A stretch of 63,920 nt of DNA, the filler included, from Hyphochytrium catenoides (taxonomy: Eukaryota > Protista > Hyphochytriomycota): assembly GCA_900088475.1 (NCBI GenBank). It is 6 parts of 6 records of this genome, joined end to end, with 100 filler letters (N's around TTAATTAATTAA, not from the genome) between each part and the next. Parts side by side here need not be neighbours in the genome. Positions count along the whole stretch, not along the records: positions 56,200 to 62,508 come from FLMG01000571.1; positions 62,609 to 63,920 come from FLMG01002027.1; 4 more parts are not named here. One strand, given 5' to 3'. The first letter of the stretch is position 1; the number at the start of each line of letters is the position of its first letter. The notes under the pieces are model-generated. The model saw only the letters and a program-made list of their open reading frames with translations. It was not told the origin of the DNA and searched no databases. Positions 61,119-63,920 of this stretch are shown one piece after another. The translations under genes and the position numbers were made by a program.

Positions 61119-62439
61119 ATGCTAGCACCACAGCTGGAGGCTAAGAGAGAAGAAGATGTGCCGCCCCTCTCTCAAAGAAGGGCCTCTCTTTCTCGGGCAT
61201 CACTTCAGCTCCAAGGACCCCGTCTCTCTTCTTCTGCATCGTCGTCTCTCTCCTCAGCTCCTGCTCATCCTTGGACAAAGGCACTATCTGGTCCTTCTGT
61301 CGGCTGTGTGCTAAAAGTGGTGGTGGTCGGCTCGCCTGCAGTTGGAAAGACTCAGCTCGTCTCTCAGTTGGTGCGACATCAGTTCTCTAGGGACTACCAG
61401 CCGACCACAGGTAAGGTGAAGAGGAGTGAGGGAAGGGCTCTGTGGAAGGAGAGTATACGAGCTAGGGTGACTGAATAAAGGACGAGCGCCGATGTTAGAG
61501 AGACAGATGGACGATCAGGAAGATCCTCCGAAGAGGAAGAAGAAAGAAAAGAGAGTGTGACGAAGGAAACCTAGGGGAAATGGGAGAAGAGAGAGCTCTC
61601 CTCCACCACTTGGAAGAACGAAGAAGGAGGTTAACTTGTGAGGTTCTAAGATCGCCCCCTTCTTCTTCTATCTGTCTAGGGTTCCAGTTCTCTTCCAAGA
61701 CTCTAAGAGTCGAGGGCCGCGGCGTGAAGGTCCAGATCTGGGACGCCTCGGCCGAGGGAGCGCTTACCCCGGTGAGCGTAGGAGTATGAAGAAGCCAGAG
61801 ATATAGGAAGGAGAGTCTGTGGGTGAGGGGGCTTTCTATTGGTGGAAACAAGTCACGCGTGCTACAACTGGATGGAAGAAGAGAGAGAGAGTGAACAAGA
61901 GAGAAAGAGAAACAAAGAGAGAGAGAGAGAGAGAGAGAAGTAAAGGACCTGCATGACTGCGAGAACGATATAACTAGAAGAAGAGCGAAGAAAGAACCCT
62001 CCAACTCACCCGGTAATTGCCTCCTAGTCTTTCTACAAGGGTGCGGTAGGAGTTTTGTTGGTCTACGACGTGACCGGTAGAGAAACATTTCTTGAAGTCC
62101 AGCACTGTCTGGCGGTTGTGCGGCAACTGGCGCATAAAGACGTTCTTCTTGTCCTTGTGGGCAACAAGACAGACAGCAGTCACCTGCCAGGAGCTCGACA
62201 GGTCCTTAACTCTTTCCACATCCTGTTTTGTTTGGGCTGCTTCGCACTGTTGGAAGCCCGTAGTCTTTCTGCCCTGCTCACATCTCTCTCTTCTAGCATG
62301 CTCTTTGTGTCTTCCGGTCCTCATTCTCACTCTCTCTCCTTGGACTATGTCCTTCAGGTATCAACACTAGAGGCTGCGAGGTTTGCCGAGAAGCATTCGA
62401 TGGACTTCATCGAGACATCAGCAGTGGATGGTACAAACG
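61119..62439 (+). CDS. Atypical Rab-like small GTPase with N-terminal extension, 3'-truncated
   Basis: Exons 61119-61410, 61680-61771, 62028-62201, 62358-62439. G1 GSPAVGKT, G2 YQPTTG, divergent G3 IWDASAEG, FYKGAVGVLLVYDVT, G4 GNKTD, G5 ETSA. Confidence 0.85.
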
Positions 62440-62508
62440 GTAAGAAATTGCCGCTCACGTGTTAGAAGCATGCTCCCTCTTCTGGCATTGTGTCTCGGTC
62501 GCAGCCTA

Positions 62509-62608
62509 NNNNNNNNNNNNNNNNNNNNNNNNNNNNNNNNNNNNNNNNNNNNTTAATTAATTAANNNNNNNNNNNNNNNNNNNNNNNNNNNNNNNNNNNN
62601 NNNNNNNN
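62509..62608. other. Artificial contig spacer
   Basis: TTAATTAATTAA at 62553-62564 inside an N block. Confidence 0.95.
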
Positions 62609-62842
62609 TCTCTCTCTCCTCTCTCTCCCTCTCTCTCTCTCTCTCTCCCTTTTCTCTCCTTTCTTCTCGCTATGTTCTTCTTCCATACTTATAGTCCGTA
62701 ATGAAAAGCCACTCTTTGACCCATTTGCTCTGTTTCCTTGTCAAAATTCTTCTATCTGTTAGCTAGGCCATAACTGGTCTTTCTGCCTCTCTTCCTCTCT
62801 CTCTCACTCTCTCTCTCTCTCTCTTGCTCTGTCACCCTTCAG

Positions 62843-63920
62843 GCCATCCAGATTCACCAGGCGAGAGATGAGAGAGGCGGCGCCGTGAACAATCAGATCG
62901 AGACTTTCTCTTTTAAGTTTGACGGACTCCTGGCCGCTGCTTCCCAGGAGGAAGTGTACCAGGCCGTCGCCAGTGACCTCGTCCAGAATTGTATCAACGG
63001 CTACAATGGTCAAAGCAAACCTCTCTCTCTATTCTCCCTCCCTCTCTCTCTCTCTCTCTCTCTCTTCTTTTTCTCTCTCTCTTGCTCTTACTTTCTGTCG
63101 CTTTCACTTTCTCCTTTGCACAATCCAGTCTCTGTCTTGTTTCTCCTGTTCTCTTTAACGTCTCCTCTAAGCTCGTCGTCTGTCTCTTACTTCGTGCTCT
63201 CGACAGGCACCATTTTGGCTTACGGGCAGACTGGTGCCGGGAAGACGTTTACCATGGTAAGAGTGACACACTGAGAGAGAAAAGAAGGGAGCATGAGCTA
63301 AAAAAGCAGCAAAGCGGAGAGAGAGAGAAAAGAGTCCATAGAAAGAGACGATGCTTAGAAAACAAGACTAAACCTCTCTTTCCTTCTCTACTTCTCCCCA
63401 CCTTCTCTCTCTCTCTCTCTCCCTCTTTTAATGGTTCTAAAGTCAGGCAGCAATCAGCAGTACTCGGACCGCGGCCTCGTCCCTCGCTCTATCTCTCACG
63501 TCTTCCGAGAGGCGAAGCGTCTGACCGGCTTTGAGCTGTGCGTGCGTCTCTCCTACGTTGAGATTTACAATGAGAAGATCTATGACCTCCTCGCCGCAGA
63601 GGGAAAGACGGCAGACCTGCAAGTCGTGGAGCTCAAGAGCGGTGCGTGAACGACTGAGCAGGAGAGGAGATAGGCAGATGGGAAAGATAGACGTCCCAAG
63701 ATAGAGAGACAGTGAGAGAGTAACAGAGTGAGAGAAACAGAGAGAGAGAGAGAGAGAGATGCAAAGGAGAAGGAATCGCGAAGAAGAGAACGGATCAAAG
63801 TATTGAGTTTTCCCGAGACTAATCGCGCTTGCTGCTGAAGGTGTCACGATTATCAGAGGTGTGGAGATGCCAGAGGTGAAGTCAGAGGAAGAGGCCCTGG
63901 AGAAGCTCTTTGAAGGAGAG
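62843..63920 (+). CDS. KIF9: Kinesin-9 (KIF9/KLP1-like) motor domain, partial at both ends
   Basis: Exons 62843-63008, 63207-63256, 63443-63641, 63841-63920. GAVNNQ..FSFKFDG..ASQEEVY, GYNGTILAYGQTGAGKTFTM (P-loop), DRGLVPR, SYVEIYNEKIYDLL, EEALEKLFEGE. Confidence 0.88.

Noticed and set aside
1-63920. Many 60-290 aa ORFs rich in ERER or LSLS
   Set aside because: They are translations of (AG)n/(CT)n microsatellites in introns and intergenic DNA.

Overview
This window is eukaryotic DNA from an intron-rich protist genome saturated with (AG)n/(CT)n microsatellites. It is not one contiguous locus: five artificial 100-nt spacers (N-run + TTAATTAATTAA + N-run) join six contigs, and several genes are cut at those joins. 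Most short ORFs in the supplied track are microsatellite artefacts. Spliced genes I could rebuild by hand are a 53BP1/Crb2-type tandem-BRCT protein with an unexpected C-terminal BAH-like domain, aspartate-semialdehyde dehydrogenase, a signal-peptide-bearing oligopeptidase B (12 exons), an ACSF3/MatB-type acyl-CoA synthetase, Serinc, an atypical Rab, kinesin-9 and two unknown proteins. Intronless genes are DHX33, a PX-domain protein and an Erf4/GOLGA7-like protein. The most interesting accessory region (about 8-22 kb) holds three intronless microbial-type expansins (two predicted GPI-anchored on mucin/extensin-like stalks, one soluble) next to a freshly broken cinnamyl-alcohol-dehydrogenase pseudogene, embedded in TpA-rich decayed sequence. 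Other oddities are an apparent GA-AG intron in an invariant motif, a RIP-like mutational signature in relic DNA, purine-microsatellite introns without a polypyrimidine tract, and an interstitial TTAGGG tract. Kinesin-9 plus an ASD with no transit peptide suggest a flagellated heterotroph, possibly a stramenopile; that assignment is inference only. All family calls come from motif recognition by eye, with no database searches.
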